A stretch of 64,000 bases of DNA from Sporopachydermia quercuum (taxonomy: Eukaryota): the NCBI GenBank assembly GCA_001599295.1, contig BCGN01000008.1, positions 620,001-684,000 on the forward strand. The letters are read 5' to 3'. Shown here piece by piece: positions 12,767 through 25,716 of the stretch. Each line of letters opens with the position of its first letter. Position 1 is the stretch's first letter. Made by a program: the position numbers and the translations under genes. The notes under the pieces were generated by a model. It ran no database searches. It saw nothing but the letters and a program-made list of their open reading frames with translations, and was not told the origin of the DNA.

Positions 12767-12822
12767 AATGCAATACAATGCAATACAATGCAATATAATG
12801 CAATATAATGCAATATAATGCA
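12767..12822 (+). repeat. 10-bp tandem repeat (AATGCAATAY) x about 5.5
   Basis: Read directly from the sequence, just 3' of the 11889 ORF stop. Confidence 0.9.
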
Positions 12823-13880
12823 CTTTAAAGAACATGCCGATATAAACACATACTAGTATGCACTGGAACCATGGATACACCCAGTACTTAATATGTACAT
12901 TCAAAGCACCGACTATTTCCGAGGCTCCATCTTTGTTGGCTTGTTCATTAATAAAAGTATTAATCAACGTATAACACAAGTATGGATTAATTTATGCAGA
13001 GCAGGAAGCAGTGCTTCTCGAGGTGCTCAAAATATCAAGATATACTTTCAATACTTGAACTTGGAGAGCAATTGCTATAATAATCTCAAGAGATTAACTG
13101 CAAGCTATTTGCTCAGATGGTTGATATAGTTCTCACCTTTGTTGGGTTGGTTCACATTATTAGTCTAATTCTATTTCTCTCAGTTTTAATCCAATTCAAT
13201 AAATAATATATGACTTTACTATTATTAACACTACTAGTGATGCTTGTTATTTACCTATTTAACTAATGTCTTGGCTTTATGCCTATAGTTGTAGGTTCCA
13301 GAATTGCCCAATTAGTTGCCTATATAGGTAACTTTGAAATTTTGTCGGTTCAAACATTTTGAACAGATCTTATCTTTCCAACAACTACTCTGTTAAGAAG
13401 TGGTTAAAAGACTCCCTTGTGGATAAAGGGGATATACAATATAGCATACGATATAAATGAAATGAATGACAATTCAGGCATCCCCAAATAATTTCCTTAT
13501 TGGTTAACTGATTGATGAAATTGAGTTAACGTTAATCTGTATGAGCGTTAAACATAATAATGATAACCGATGAACTTGGATTAGGGACANAAGTTGATTG
13601 GTAGATTATAAGTAATTAGTAATTGAATGTTATTCCAAAAGCAAAAGAATTAACGATATCGGGTAGTCGTAAAATATATATATAGATGCTTGGTAAGATA
13701 TTTCTACTTCTTCGCTAGTTTACTACTCTTTCCTGGTACTGTAGTTATGTTATAGTTTATAGCTCTATACTAAAGATAAATAACCTGATTGTAGAACATT
13801 TAATCTCATTTCAGGCTCATCAGTCAATTAAATCTTTGTTATTCAACGAAGCAACTCTACTTTCTACACCTAAAACCAAA

Positions 13881-14282
13881 ATGACTGATTCTCCTGTTTT
13901 TACCAACTACGAAGGAGCAGGTAACACCTTTGCCCAAGAATTTGGCTATTCTCAAGCAGTGAGAATAGGACCATGGGTCAAGATGGCAGGCCAAGGTGGT
14001 TGGGATTCTGAAGGAAATCTGCCTGAAGACCTCGAAGGACAAGTGAAGAACGTATTTGCAAATATAGAGAAGAACATCAAAGCTGCTGGCGGTAACGGGC
14101 TAAGCGATATTACCTCCCTGAGAAGTTACCATCTTGATTTGGCCCCACAATTTGATGCTATTAGTGCTTACATTAAAGCAAATTTACCTGTGAAGCCAAC
14201 ATGGACTTGTATTGGTACTACCCGGCTTGGTGTTCCTGGTATGTTATTTGAAATGGATGCAGAAGCATACGTCAAAAACTAA
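13881..14282 (+). CDS. YjgF/YER057c/UK114 (Rid) superfamily protein, fungal L-PSP-like, 133 aa
   Basis: GYSQAVRIG, AGQGGWD, QVKNVFANIE and PTWTCIGTTRLG..GMLFEMDAEA motifs. ATG at 13881 (AAAATG context) is preferred to the TTG at 13836. Confidence 0.88.
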   Translation: MTDSPVFTNYEGAGNTFAQEFGYSQAVRIGPWVKMAGQGGWDSEGNLPEDLEGQVKNVFANIEKNIKAAGGNGLSDITSLRSYHLDLAPQFDAISAYIKANLPVKPTWTCIGTTRLGVPGMLFEMDAEAYVKN

Positions 14283-15979
14283 AACCTGTTGCAAAACTCT
14301 TCAGATATTGTTCTCGAAAGGGTTAAATAGTAAAAAGTGTATTNAAAATAAAGAAATAAAATATAATGGGTAACTTTAGTAACTCAATACTTAGCTTGTA
14401 ATGTCTATGTAATGTGAACAAAAAGTTGACAGAACTATAGAATAAATGTCGGGCCCTCCTGACACCTCTTTTTCAGTCTTAACGTCCAAACAAGTTCTTA
14501 AAAGAGCCATTCATTATTCTCGACAACAGGAAATCGCGTGAAAAGGTGTGAGAGTATATGAACCTGAAAATCAAATACCATACAAACGAAGCACTCATGT
14601 AATAGAATCTCCCTCAGTCATCTGACAGAACGTCAGGGCCAACTAAGATTGAAGCATACTAACTCGTGATTTCTCTGCTACTCAATTCCAAAATCCATAA
14701 CCTACACGCACTGTCTAAAAGTTGTCTTAGGTACAAGGAAATAAAAATTTCAAAAAGACTTTTCATACACGGTAAGTTGTCAAGAAGAAAAGAAAATGTG
14801 GAAATAAAANTCTTTTATGTGAGGATTTTTTGAGCTATGGAGATCAGCTACTNTAAGAGGAATATCTGATACTGGACGGANAACTATTTTGATAGTCAAC
14901 CATATTATTTCCGAAATATATTTCACCGAGATCGGAATCCTATAGTTAATAGCTTGTCAAAGCGCTAGTTCTTCTTTTCCAATACAGTGCTAAAATAAAT
15001 TAAGACATGAACCTATCTCAAGGCTGCAATTCCTTTCTTTGAAGATCGAAATCATAAAGAATCCTAAATTTTCACCTTTCATTCNTTATACTGAGATGGA
15101 AATTATCAGGACGCGTATCTCTTGAGTTGCTCTCTGTTCCTTTACAATTCTTTTCTCTAACCACATATTCAATATACAGAGAATATACAGTGAAACCAGG
15201 GAACCGTCAAAGTAGTGAAATTAAGTCCTTTTTAGTACTTCGTATTTATCTAATAGTATTGTATTATCTTCCCNGTCTCATTTTCAGTTCAACTATTACA
15301 GCAACTCAACCATCTATCAGTTATGATCCTTGAAGCAAGGATTAATCAGGATTATTTATTCAAAAATTTCCGGGAAGAAACTCACTACATACTCTTGCAT
15401 ATATAACTAGTTGATTGTGCATTGACTTGCATATTTCATTATCAGGCACTAACTACATTCACCACCTCTTTGTAGTTTGAAATGGTAGAAACAAAACTGC
15501 CCTATGAAGACTTATTATCACACGGACACAGTGGTTTGACTGTTTGATTATCTATCTGTCGAAATTGATATTTAGTTGTTGGTGAGAACTGTAGTTTGAA
15601 TAGGGCTTTTGGGGCTGAATATTGATAAAGTGATTGCTTGACTTTTGTTAATATTCTGGTTGTATTGAGCTGGTATGTAGCAGTTCTCAATAGGAACCAA
15701 TTGTCTTATATGAAACAAATATTTATATANACGACAGAGCTACTATAGCTATAGGAAGAAGTAGGTATAACACCTTTGTTTACGATATTATGAAACGATA
15801 AGGTAGTTCTGGCAGAGATTCTGTTTGATACAAGTGTATTCTTTCTCTCTCTTTTACATCGACATCTGTCATTAGCTGTTAGGTATCAGTTGTTCCGGCG
15901 CAAAGAACAAAAAAGTTATCATAATAATAAACTTTAACGCATATGAGACTTAATATTGCTTTCTACAGAACCAAGTAAA

Positions 15980-18328
15980 ATGGAGTCTAAACAACGGATA
16001 GCTAAAACAAAAAGAAAGCCGCGTAAACCGCGTACGGTCGAAGGTTCTTGTTGGGCCTGTAAAGATAGAAGAGTAAAATGCGATTTGAAGAAACCGAATT
16101 GTTCCAGATGTGTGAGAGAAAAAATAGATTGCGATTATAATAAAGTGCGTCTAAAATGGGGAATGGGTATAGCAGCTAGGGGCAAAAATGCTGGAAAACT
16201 AGTACCAGAAGATATAGAAGATGGAGGACAAGAGGAACAGAATAACTTGGATTTGATGCATGAGTTTGAATTCAAATCGCCTAGTGCAAATACAATTAGA
16301 AACATATTACAAGAAGAAATGCAACCAGGAGAATCACGGTTGGACCGTTCGGAGAGTCTAGGTTGTTTTGATGACGATGTATTGAATATAGGAGGAATTC
16401 CACCACAGTTTAGAGAAGATATCACTACTGAAGCTACTATATTCTGTCCTGTACCTATGATGGGAGAGCCAAAATTAGATATGTCACTTGCAGAACAAAC
16501 AAAGAAGAGAGTTCGATGCAGTAGTAATGAAAACATGAATATCGGTAGCAATATCGATAGCAATATCGATAGCAATATCGATAGCAATACTAGCTCCAGC
16601 ACCATCCTTAATAACAATGATATGACGAGAGGTGATCCAGTGAACATTCAAAAAGGAGTTTATTCTACTCCTTATTCTTCAAGTTTACCTCAGCGTGCTT
16701 TATCGTTGAGCGAAGGGGAAAAAGCCGCAGAAACAGGTGGGGCATATTCACCAGAACCCGCAGCATCTGTAGCTTCTTCAAGCTCATCTAGAGCCTCTCC
16801 CGTACCTATATCGTTCCTACTAAATGAATTGGGAACAGCTACTAGTATCTTAGGGTCAGATGCTGAATTAACCTCAGCAGATGATCACAATTATGTGTTC
16901 AATGATAATCCGTTATCAGCACTGAAGAAAGAAACATCCGAACCAGAAGTACAAGAAATTCATACCATCACAAAAATACCCCAGATAGAGTCTTTATTTT
17001 CTAGTCCCAATGTAAATATCATTGCAAATCACACTCAAAAGATACTCAACGAGAACTTTACAATGTCTAACAGGTTATCCAGATCATATTTACATTCAGC
17101 AAATATTCAGCTAGCTTATTTCCAACAACAGGTTTTCCCATTCTTAACCACAGGAGGGAGACCTTTAAGCATGGACATGAAAATCTTACAATCGGATCCA
17201 ATTCTATCAATGGCCGTACGGGCGCTCGCTTCTGCTCATAGAATTCGATATGAGCATGATTTATCCGACATCTCAATTAAGAATAGAGATAGACTCACAA
17301 TGATGGCAGTTCAAGGTACCAATAATCTTTGTAGAGTAGATAGTGGGCAACCTGATAGGGATTTCATTGCCAACGTATTATTGTGTGTATTGGACGGCAT
17401 GGTTGAACCTAATTCGAGGCATTCTAGTGCTAATGCTCGCCTGGTACAAAGTAGAGAAATACTGTTCCATCGTCCTGATTTTATTAACAGGGTCCTAGCT
17501 CAAAAGAAAGGTCTTCTGTTAGTTATGCTGTCATTGTTTAGTATGATGGATCTTATATCGGCATTGTTCACCGGTCATGAACCTTGTTTCGCTGGGGATA
17601 TGTGGTTCAGGTTTGCAGGTTGTGATTCTTGGTGGGGTCATGTGGGATTGGAAGACCCTATTTTGTCAGTGCTAGCGATGTATTCAAAGATGGCGTGCAT
17701 CGGGGCTGCAATTAAAGTGGTTCGCCGAACTGATACAACAGCAGCAGTGCAACAAGAAGGCTATTTTGATGAGGCTGGTAATTTATCATGGGATATACTA
17801 GAGGATTTTCAACAGCAGATCGACGATATTTTATTCAGGTGCTCCTTAGGGCCTCAGGGTGACACTGGCTTGATGGACTCAACTGAGGTAACCCTTAGAG
17901 AGCAGCTATTGATGACAACTACGGAATGGGGCAATTTTGTAGGGATTTATGCTCAATCACTTCAGTTGTACTATTTTAGAGTATTTTGTAATTTACCAGC
18001 TGGAAGTCCTCAGGTTCAGCAAATAGTGGAAACCGAAATGGAACTTCTTCGATACACCTTTAGGACTCTCCGATCCTCTCTTAAGAACTGTCTGCTATTC
18101 CCTATTCTGATGGTGTCATTTCATGTTTACGATGAACTGGATAAAATGGAAATAGGATACATTCTTTCTCAGATTGCAACGAGTGTTGGATTNGGTAACG
18201 TTCGATTATTATTAGAAACATTAAATATATTCTGGCAATCTGATACGAAAACTGACCGATTGGAAGATTGGGATTTTGATTGGTGGGATGTTATGGGTAG
18301 TGTTGCAGAACGCGTGTATGTATTCTAA
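15980..18328 (+). CDS. Zn(II)2Cys6 transcription factor with a C-terminal fungal-specific TF domain (Fungal_trans_2-like)
   Basis: CWACKDRRVKCDLKKPNCSRC-x6-C-DY..RLKWG, and a C-terminal LLFPILM...W...WDFDWWDVM. First in-frame ATG is at 15980. Confidence 0.88.
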   Translation: MESKQRIAKTKRKPRKPRTVEGSCWACKDRRVKCDLKKPNCSRCVREKIDCDYNKVRLKWGMGIAARGKNAGKLVPEDIEDGGQEEQNNLDLMHEFEFKSPSANTIRNILQEEMQPGESRLDRSESLGCFDDDVLNIGGIPPQFREDITTEATIFCPVPMMGEPKLDMSLAEQTKKRVRCSSNENMNIGSNIDSNIDSNIDSNTSSSTILNNNDMTRGDPVNIQKGVYSTPYSSSLPQRALSLSEGEKAAETGGAYSPEPAASVASSSSSRASPVPISFLLNELGTATSILGSDAELTSADDHNYVFNDNPLSALKKETSEPEVQEIHTITKIPQIESLFSSPNVNIIANHTQKILNENFTMSNRLSRSYLHSANIQLAYFQQQVFPFLTTGGRPLSMDMKILQSDPILSMAVRALASAHRIRYEHDLSDISIKNRDRLTMMAVQGTNNLCRVDSGQPDRDFIANVLLCVLDGMVEPNSRHSSANARLVQSREILFHRPDFINRVLAQKKGLLLVMLSLFSMMDLISALFTGHEPCFAGDMWFRFAGCDSWWGHVGLEDPILSVLAMYSKMACIGAAIKVVRRTDTTAAVQQEGYFDEAGNLSWDILEDFQQQIDDILFRCSLGPQGDTGLMDSTEVTLREQLLMTTTEWGNFVGIYAQSLQLYYFRVFCNLPAGSPQVQQIVETEMELLRYTFRTLRSSLKNCLLFPILMVSFHVYDELDKMEIGYILSQIATSVGXGNVRLLLETLNIFWQSDTKTDRLEDWDFDWWDVMGSVAERVYVF

Positions 18329-20907
18329 TTTGTTTAATCAACATGAATATTATAGATCTGTATAGCATGCTTAGTAGTCGTCTCTAAGGAAGACTCATTA
18401 GATAATAGTAATAGAATTTAATGCTCTACTATGGTCTAGAATTATGTTGTTCTCTCCATCATTATGTGATTCATTAGAGTTTACCTGGGCTAATTTCATC
18501 CCCAGAAACATTAAATAACGTTCTAACTCAAAACCAATATATTACCCCAGATTTTCTAATTAAGCTTTCATTCAGTCCTATAAGCGGTAATAAGTTTAGT
18601 TAAAATATAGGTGACTGGGTGCTTTTCTTGATTGGAAGACCCCCAATTGAACATTTCGACTGTCCGAGAAACCCAAGGGGTGAGTTGGGTTCGGTGATTA
18701 AGGCGACCGAAGAACCCAGTAAGGTTTTTCAAATCTCTGGAAAAAGGTTGCATTTGGCTAACATAGGCCCAAATTTGCTGTCTTATTATGATTGCCGGAA
18801 ACTATTGATATCTTGATATACTTCTACTTTCTTTAACCTACTTGCCATATTAATTCTAATATTTCAATAGACATCCTATCCATCATATGGTTAAAATTGT
18901 TGGGCTTTCTGCTCTGTTCAACAACTAAGGTTCACAGAAATTAACTTGCGGGTGTCCACTATGTGAGTAATTGAAATTTTTCGCTCTTGAATCTTCATCG
19001 AATTGAATTGAATTACCTTGGAGAAAAAATCGATTCTATTTATTTTACAAGAATTTAACATATACATATTTATGCAGATCTTTCAACTGAAGTTCTAACA
19101 TTAGATTTCACTATTATATTTTTTCATTTGCTCATTTAGACACATTCGGGATGCATCTTTGGTAGAATTAAATAATTCATGTTTTAGCGGCATCCGATTT
19201 GTATGCCAACAACTAGTTTGTCCAGGAAGACACCATCAGGCTTGGTCGTGTAATAATATTATGATTCATGCAATATAAAGAAAATGGTGAATGAATAAAT
19301 TTAACCTATTCTTAATTGTAAAGAACACAAATATTTGACAATGCAATTGTTAATCAAAAGTGAAAATGTCTCTCGGTAATAAAATGAATCAACTTGTATA
19401 GATAAGTCGCTTTTCGCTCGCCAGTGACACACTCTCCTTCCAGACAAGCAAGAAAAAGGTCTCTAATGTTTAGTTTTCTATCTTGCTAAAATAATTTGTT
19501 TAGATGAGCTTGAGCCGTAGATTTTGTAATTTAACTTACATAAAATGTGCCTGCTTTGAGGATTAATTTTCATACGAAAGATACTTAGTAGGTGGGCTGA
19601 TTGCTTGATTACTTTGATTCCTGTCTGGTACCTGACTCTTGGCTTCATCAACATAATTCTTATCTCTCGTAAATGCCAAGAAAGTTCCATTTAAATTGTT
19701 AACATAACCTTTTTCTGCAAACAATTAACCATATAAATAAGAAAACACTTTTTATTGTTGACCGTTGAAGGCTTGATGGTATACTGTCTGCTGTCTAGAA
19801 CTTTTCTATACTCCACAGATTTCCTATTTGAAAGAAAATCGTCGCTGAATACTTGTTAAGATGTGCTCAAACAATTCGTAGACTTAAGCCGACAAGAGAT
19901 TGAAACTAACAATAACAGGACCACCAATTTCCGGCAAACTTCAGTAGACTAACCTATTGCTGTATTTAAACATTATATATTTATTTATTGTTATTGTCAT
20001 TATTACTTTTTTGCTTAACACCAATCTGAAATTTGTTATATAGTATAATAATCAAAGTATTTATCTGTTTAGCGCTCTATTTTACTCTGTGTCTCTTATA
20101 ATATATTATCAGACCCTCTTTGACTAATGGCTCATCTCTTGAGGAAAAACTTCTTTCTAATCATTTAATAAACGATTTATTTTTTCTAACTATTTCACTA
20201 CATACCACATTTCTTTCTGAGGGAAAATCTGTTAAAAAGAACTCTTAGTAAACTAAATTAATACTGTCCAATATAATAGCACTCATTCCATTGTACTTTC
20301 CAAAAAGATCTCTTCTCCAACAACCTTACTATTANATCAAGACCCTCCGGACACAACTATGTTCCAAGATCCTCTCAATGATATTTCAAACTGTCCGAGA
20401 AAGAAATTTCCGTCTTAATCATAAATGTTGTACATTTCCTCCATTTTTGTATTTTCTACTGTATCAAGCGCTCTCACTTTATATACTCAGAATAACAATC
20501 TTCTAGATATAATTAGGTATTTCAAACCTTTTGGTTCTCTTTGAAGTGTAACATAATATTATCGTATATCTGAAACAGCTCGACATTATTAACTAACTCG
20601 TGTGTTGGTTGCCTTAGACCTCATCGTATTTGCGTTATTACTCTGAGATTATTGGCTACTTGGTTAAACTCTTATCCAACTAGGATTTTGAACAAACCAG
20701 AGAATAACAAAAAAAATTAGAACAACTTTTTAGGTGAAACCGAGTGTTTTGTCTTTTGAACAAATGACAGTTTGAAGCTTTCCAGCATTTCAATTTGTCG
20801 TTCAACAGTGCTTATGGTTGAGTGTGCTTAATTCATGTCATTCGCTAGCTTAGCTTGGCTTTTTTGGCTTTATCATACCATCCCTACATCTTGCTAAGTT
20901 ATTGACA

Positions 20908-23900
20908 ATGCCACCTCTTAAACGGTCAAAATCCAAAGAACAAACGTCCCAGATGCCGGTGCCTCCAAAGGAGGGCTTCCAACCAATTCCAAAGAAAGCT
21001 GCCATAATAAAAACTGATAAACCTAGACCCCATGTTTGCCCTACGTGTACACGAGGTTTTGCAAGACTTGAACATCTGAAAAGACATGAAAGATCACATA
21101 CAAATGAAAAACCTTTTCAATGTACAGTTTGCGGTAGATGTTTCGCTCGCAGAGATCTTTTACTGCGCCATCAACAAAAGCTACATGCTTCTCTTGCTAC
21201 TGGAATCAATATTATTAAAAAGAACTCGCAAACAATGGCTCCTTTGAAGAATGGTCTTTCAACTGGCAACAACATCAGTAACAGCATTAACACAGCTAGC
21301 AATCAAACTCAGAGTCCACAAAGTATTGGCAGAATAAGAAAGAAAAGTGTCACCCAGAATCCGGTTATGAATAAAGATGTCTTAGCACAATTAAGCCCTG
21401 CCTACCTTCCAGGTGTCTCTATGCCCGGATTAAGTCCTGAACAAAATAATATGCATCATTCAGTTATTCCGGGGCCCGATTTATTTCGTTTGCAACTTTC
21501 AGAGCAGCATCTAGGAAATGATACTAATATGGAATTCCCTCATTTACAATTTCCGGCAGATCCAGCATTAATGTCACCACAGGTGATTCTGGACTCGTTA
21601 TTGCCAGATCTCCATAGTCCTTTGCCAATGACTGAGCCAGAAGCAGGCTCACTTGATTTATTTGCAGATTCAAATTTCCAACAAAACATGGATCCTACAG
21701 GATTTCCTGCTGTAGATGATCACTTGATTATTGGATTGTTNCCACAGCGAGGAATAGCAGCATTTGATAAGACCAAAGGTAGTCAAGATGATCATGGTTT
21801 GGTACCTGAATTACCAGCTCATATCAAGAGCAATATTTTTAATAACACCAATACCATAAACAATAACAGCAACAACAGCAATAGCAATAACAGTATTGCT
21901 AATCCTGACAGTATCAATAATAACAACGACAGTAGCCATACTAATANCGCCAATAATGGCCAACAAATGTCCGAACTTCGTGCAAATACCCAGGAGATTA
22001 AACCCGAAGCTTTCTTAGGTAAACATAGAGGTCGTCATGCTTCATTTTCAGCGGCATCGGCCTTATCCTATACAAATGCTAAAGATGCCCAAGAAATTCA
22101 TCAACAAAGAGTTTCTCAAGCACCAAAGGAAGTTGGATTTTCAACACCTCAAATGCATCCCATATCTATTGGATTTTCCGATATGCAAGACTACGATTTA
22201 GATTTAGGATACAACGAGTTTGGTGGAGCTGGATTGAATTCTGATCATAATAGCTCAGGTTTCTTTACAGGATTTGATTCCCAAAATCCTTCTCAATATC
22301 TGAACTCATCTTATATTGGAGGAGGTGCTGGCTTTGATTTATCACCGGACAACGAAGGCGAATCAGGCCTTGAGCAAACGAATGGACCAAGTATTCAAGA
22401 CCCAATACCAGAAACCGGCCCTCCTGCAGGGTTGGATTCACTTGCTGGAGCAGGCNCAGCTTCTGGCCTAGAAACTATTGCCAACAACTACCGTGAACAT
22501 GGTGATGATCTATCACAGTTTATTAACCCAGCGTTATTAGATGGAGCCCAAACAGCAGGAGTTCCTATGGTCTCAGCAAGGTCATCATCGCAAATATCGT
22601 CTGTTCCATCACCAAGCATGTCACTCTCATCTACCGGATCATCAGCAAACTCTCATTCTTTCCGGTCCGAAATTTGGAGAAAACAGCCTGTTAGAAGCCT
22701 CGGATCAGTAACAAGTATTTCTGGAGGTATCAATTCGGTCTCACCTATATCCCCTGGCTCTAATCTCACCAATGCTAATAATAATGCATTGCCAGGAGTA
22801 TTCTTAACACCACAGTCTGTCGGATCACCACCATCAGGACCTGAGAGATATTTCAATGACAGATTGTTGAATTCCATTAGAAAGAAACTGGCAGATCATC
22901 CTACATTTCATCAGACAGTAAGAATAGATTTACCCAGTCCTAGTGTTCTTGATGAATGTATTGATATGTATTATGGGACTTTTGATCGACATCTTCCTTT
23001 CATTCACGGACCAACNTTAGAATTTGATGAAGATTCAGCCGCTTTAGGACTTATGATGGCATCCTTTGGTGCATTATATGGATTTCAATCGGAACTAAGT
23101 CATAATCTATTCGAAGCTTCTAGACTCAGCGTTCATATGCATTTAGAAGCTCGTAAAGATAGAATGTCACAAGTTAGACCGGGAACCAATACTGATTCTA
23201 CTCCTCTATGGCTTGTTCAATGTTTAGTATTATCAGTTTTATATGGACTGTTAGCGAAGGATTATGCTACTGCGAATGTTGCTTTAAGACAATCAGTTGC
23301 ATTAGTTGCATTAGCTAAGTGTGCGGGGTTGAATGCTGAGAGAAATGAAGTTCTATCAAGGTTGGTTAAAAGTCATAACATCATTGGACGGTCGGTTGAT
23401 CTCCAATGGAAGTATTACATTGAAGCACAATCAAGAATTCGCACATTTCATGCTGTTCATTTAGTATCAGCGTTCTTAGCATCTGTTTACAACGTAGCAC
23501 CCTCATTAACTAGCAATGAAATAATTTGTGGATGTCCAGGATCAGAAAAGTTATGGCATAGTCAAAACAGTGCTACTTGGTGGATAACATTTTCAGAATC
23601 TCTGCCTCAAGGCTCCTCACCGGAAATCGAGTTTTCATGTTATGGTGGGGATGGAGATTACCTTCAAGCATTAAGGGCTTTATCGCTGTCTCAAGGTGAA
23701 GCATCAGAAGTTTTAACTGCATATTCACCATTGACCTTATTATCGTTAATCTATTCTTTACACGAATGGATTTATCTTCATCGTCAAAGACACAGGCTTC
23801 AAAATAGCGAACATGGCGTTGAAAGTATCAACTGGTTCTTGGGTCCAAGAGAAAGAATTGAAGAGAATCTCAAATATTGGGAAAGCTTATGGTCATTAAG

Positions 23901-24831
23901 CCCCTTAGCGAGTTTAAGTCCTCAAGGAGAAGGTGGAGTTTTGATCACTGATTCAGTCCCATTGTCATCTCTAGGGTATGTCCGATTGTTTGTTGATATG
24001 ACCAAAGTGAAGGAAGCCCTATGGACACGCGACTGGCATATGCTTAACGTTGAAATGGACATGACAGAAACTTATGATTCTGAAGGAAGAGTCTACACAG
24101 ATTGGGGTGTTAATTATACTTCTAAAGAAATTTACAGCTTACGAGAAGCTAGTACTCATGCAGCAGATATTGTATCATTATGGGAAAAGAACGCAGTTTT
24201 TGGCAATTGGAAAGCTACAATCCAACAAACGTTTTTCCATTTAACCCACTGCTTTTTTGACTGTGCTTTAATAATGGCAGAATACGTTTGGAGAGTTGAA
24301 AAGGCATCAGAAAGATATGTTTCTCAACAGATGACCACTTCTAATAATCCAGGTGCTAACATCGATCAAAACAGTTCGCTCCCTATTTCTGCCGATGATA
24401 AAGCAGTATGGATTCGATTGGATAAATTGTTGGCAAGGCTAGAATCCTTTCTTGATGCTGCTCAAGGAGGACCAAATAATCCAGGTACTTCCCCTAGTCG
24501 AACTCAAAGAGGAATGTCAGAATTAAGTGAAGCAGAAAGAGATCAAAGTATTGTATCAGCATTACGGAATTCACTCAATCTTGATGATCAATTAGTAAAT
24601 TTTGTAATTACAAGAATAAAACCATATAGTATTCGAAAATTACATTGGGGAATGGAAACTGAAGCAGAAGGAAGAATAGAAACTGAAGCAGAAGTTGAAG
24701 TTGAAAAACCTTTCGCTATACGGATTCTTGCAGTTATGAGAAGACTGTTTGATTCCAACATCTGGCCTTGTTCTTCTGTATTAGCTGAAGGAATTGATAG
24801 CCGTATTGCGCATTTGGACAAAATGAGTTAA
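20908..24831 (+). CDS. TDA9: C2H2 zinc-finger TF of the Tda9/Rsf2 (Adr1-related) family with a Fungal_trans domain
   Basis: [32 protein letters not shown]...[19 protein letters not shown], plus RHASFSA and VGFSTPQ motifs. Lies next to DUS1 and VPS70, as TDA9 and RSF2 do in S. cerevisiae. Confidence 0.85.
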   Translation: MPPLKRSKSKEQTSQMPVPPKEGFQPIPKKAAIIKTDKPRPHVCPTCTRGFARLEHLKRHERSHTNEKPFQCTVCGRCFARRDLLLRHQQKLHASLATGINIIKKNSQTMAPLKNGLSTGNNISNSINTASNQTQSPQSIGRIRKKSVTQNPVMNKDVLAQLSPAYLPGVSMPGLSPEQNNMHHSVIPGPDLFRLQLSEQHLGNDTNMEFPHLQFPADPALMSPQVILDSLLPDLHSPLPMTEPEAGSLDLFADSNFQQNMDPTGFPAVDDHLIIGLXPQRGIAAFDKTKGSQDDHGLVPELPAHIKSNIFNNTNTINNNSNNSNSNNSIANPDSINNNNDSSHTNXANNGQQMSELRANTQEIKPEAFLGKHRGRHASFSAASALSYTNAKDAQEIHQQRVSQAPKEVGFSTPQMHPISIGFSDMQDYDLDLGYNEFGGAGLNSDHNSSGFFTGFDSQNPSQYLNSSYIGGGAGFDLSPDNEGESGLEQTNGPSIQDPIPETGPPAGLDSLAGAGXASGLETIANNYREHGDDLSQFINPALLDGAQTAGVPMVSARSSSQISSVPSPSMSLSSTGSSANSHSFRSEIWRKQPVRSLGSVTSISGGINSVSPISPGSNLTNANNNALPGVFLTPQSVGSPPSGPERYFNDRLLNSIRKKLADHPTFHQTVRIDLPSPSVLDECIDMYYGTFDRHLPFIHGPXLEFDEDSAALGLMMASFGALYGFQSELSHNLFEASRLSVHMHLEARKDRMSQVRPGTNTDSTPLWLVQCLVLSVLYGLLAKDYATANVALRQSVALVALAKCAGLNAERNEVLSRLVKSHNIIGRSVDLQWKYYIEAQSRIRTFHAVHLVSAFLASVYNVAPSLTSNEIICGCPGSEKLWHSQNSATWWITFSESLPQGSSPEIEFSCYGGDGDYLQALRALSLSQGEASEVLTAYSPLTLLSLIYSLHEWIYLHRQRHRLQNSEHGVESINWFLGPRERIEENLKYWESLWSLSPLASLSPQGEGGVLITDSVPLSSLGYVRLFVDMTKVKEALWTRDWHMLNVEMDMTETYDSEGRVYTDWGVNYTSKEIYSLREASTHAADIVSLWEKNAVFGNWKATIQQTFFHLTHCFFDCALIMAEYVWRVEKASERYVSQQMTTSNNPGANIDQNSSLPISADDKAVWIRLDKLLARLESFLDAAQGGPNNPGTSPSRTQRGMSELSEAERDQSIVSALRNSLNLDDQLVNFVITRIKPYSIRKLHWGMETEAEGRIETEAEVEVEKPFAIRILAVMRRLFDSNIWPCSSVLAEGIDSRIAHLDKMS

Positions 24832-25140
24832 AATTAAGATGGTTGGGGAATCTGTGACTGTAATTACAATTGCATATTATGATTATCAATGAGAATCCTG
24901 GTATCCTTTTTTCATATTGTATTATAGAGTGTTTCTGGTTTGGCGGCCCAAAGGAAGCCAGTTATTCAGTACTATTTATTTATTGTTTTTTATTATTATT
25001 ATCTGTTATTATTTATTATTTATTTATTTATTTTATTCATTGAGATATACAAAGCAATGCTGGATAGTTAATTTTTTTTGCCAATGGTTGGGATAAAGAA
25101 AAGAAAGGACATAGTGATTTTCAACTGACTGGGGAGTATA

Positions 25141-25218
25141 CATGAATAGTCACTATGAATGGTCATTATGAATGGTCATTATGAATGGTCATTATGAATG
25201 GTCATTATGAATTGTCAT
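25141..25218 (+). repeat. 13-bp minisatellite (TATGAATGGTCAT) x6
   Basis: Four perfect central copies with degenerate first and last copies. Confidence 0.9.
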
Positions 25219-25495
25219 TATAATGTTACCTTATTTATTTATTATTTATTTATTTAGTTTACTATTATAGTATTATCAGTATTAATTGTCATTTATATAT
25301 TTTTTTTATAATTATTTATCGACTCATNAATCTATCAATACAGAATTAGATACATTTTATTCATCTATCTTTGATGATCGATCGGTTAATCATCTCCGGA
25401 ATTCCGATCCTTCTTAAATTATGTGTTTATATAATCAAATATAAAGTCTCTTCAAATCCCGGAATGAGACGCAAGGCTGTTATCTCTCACCAAAA

Positions 25496-25505
25496 TGAAA
25501 ATTTT
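25496..25505 (+). promoter_or_regulatory. RRPE-like element (TGAAAATTTT) upstream of DUS1
   Basis: Motif match about 210 bp before the ATG of a tRNA-modification gene. Confidence 0.45.
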
Positions 25506-25716
25506 CTAATTCAGCTTTAGCATCTCATAATCAAGAAGAGACAGTGATCTACCAGAAGAAAGTATGGATAATAAACGATGGCTATATAGTATTTTTTACT
25601 GTTTTTAAACTCCTTTCGTATTGAGTTACATGGAAGTTTTGTCAGCTAATATTCCTGATTTCGTGCTGTAATTTTGCTATACTTTCATATCATCATTTCA
25701 ATATTTTAACAACTGT

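Noticed and set aside
13108..13115. TTTGCTCA copper-response (Mac1) motif, also near 19127
   Set aside because: Single copies not linked to copper genes; expected by chance.
12755..13129. Short ORFs over the 10-bp repeat, and the CRISPR-like look of the tandem repeats
   Set aside because: Simple tandem repeats with no spacers; the ORFs are low-complexity by-products.
14425..14960. Cluster of TGACA/TGTCA motifs and the short inverted repeat CTGAC-N5-GTCAG
   Set aside because: Too short to distinguish from chance; no transposon termini or target-site duplication evident.
16541..16590. 12-bp repeat AGCAATATCGAT in the Zn-cluster TF
   Set aside because: In-frame coding slippage (SNID repeats) in a disordered linker; unremarkable.
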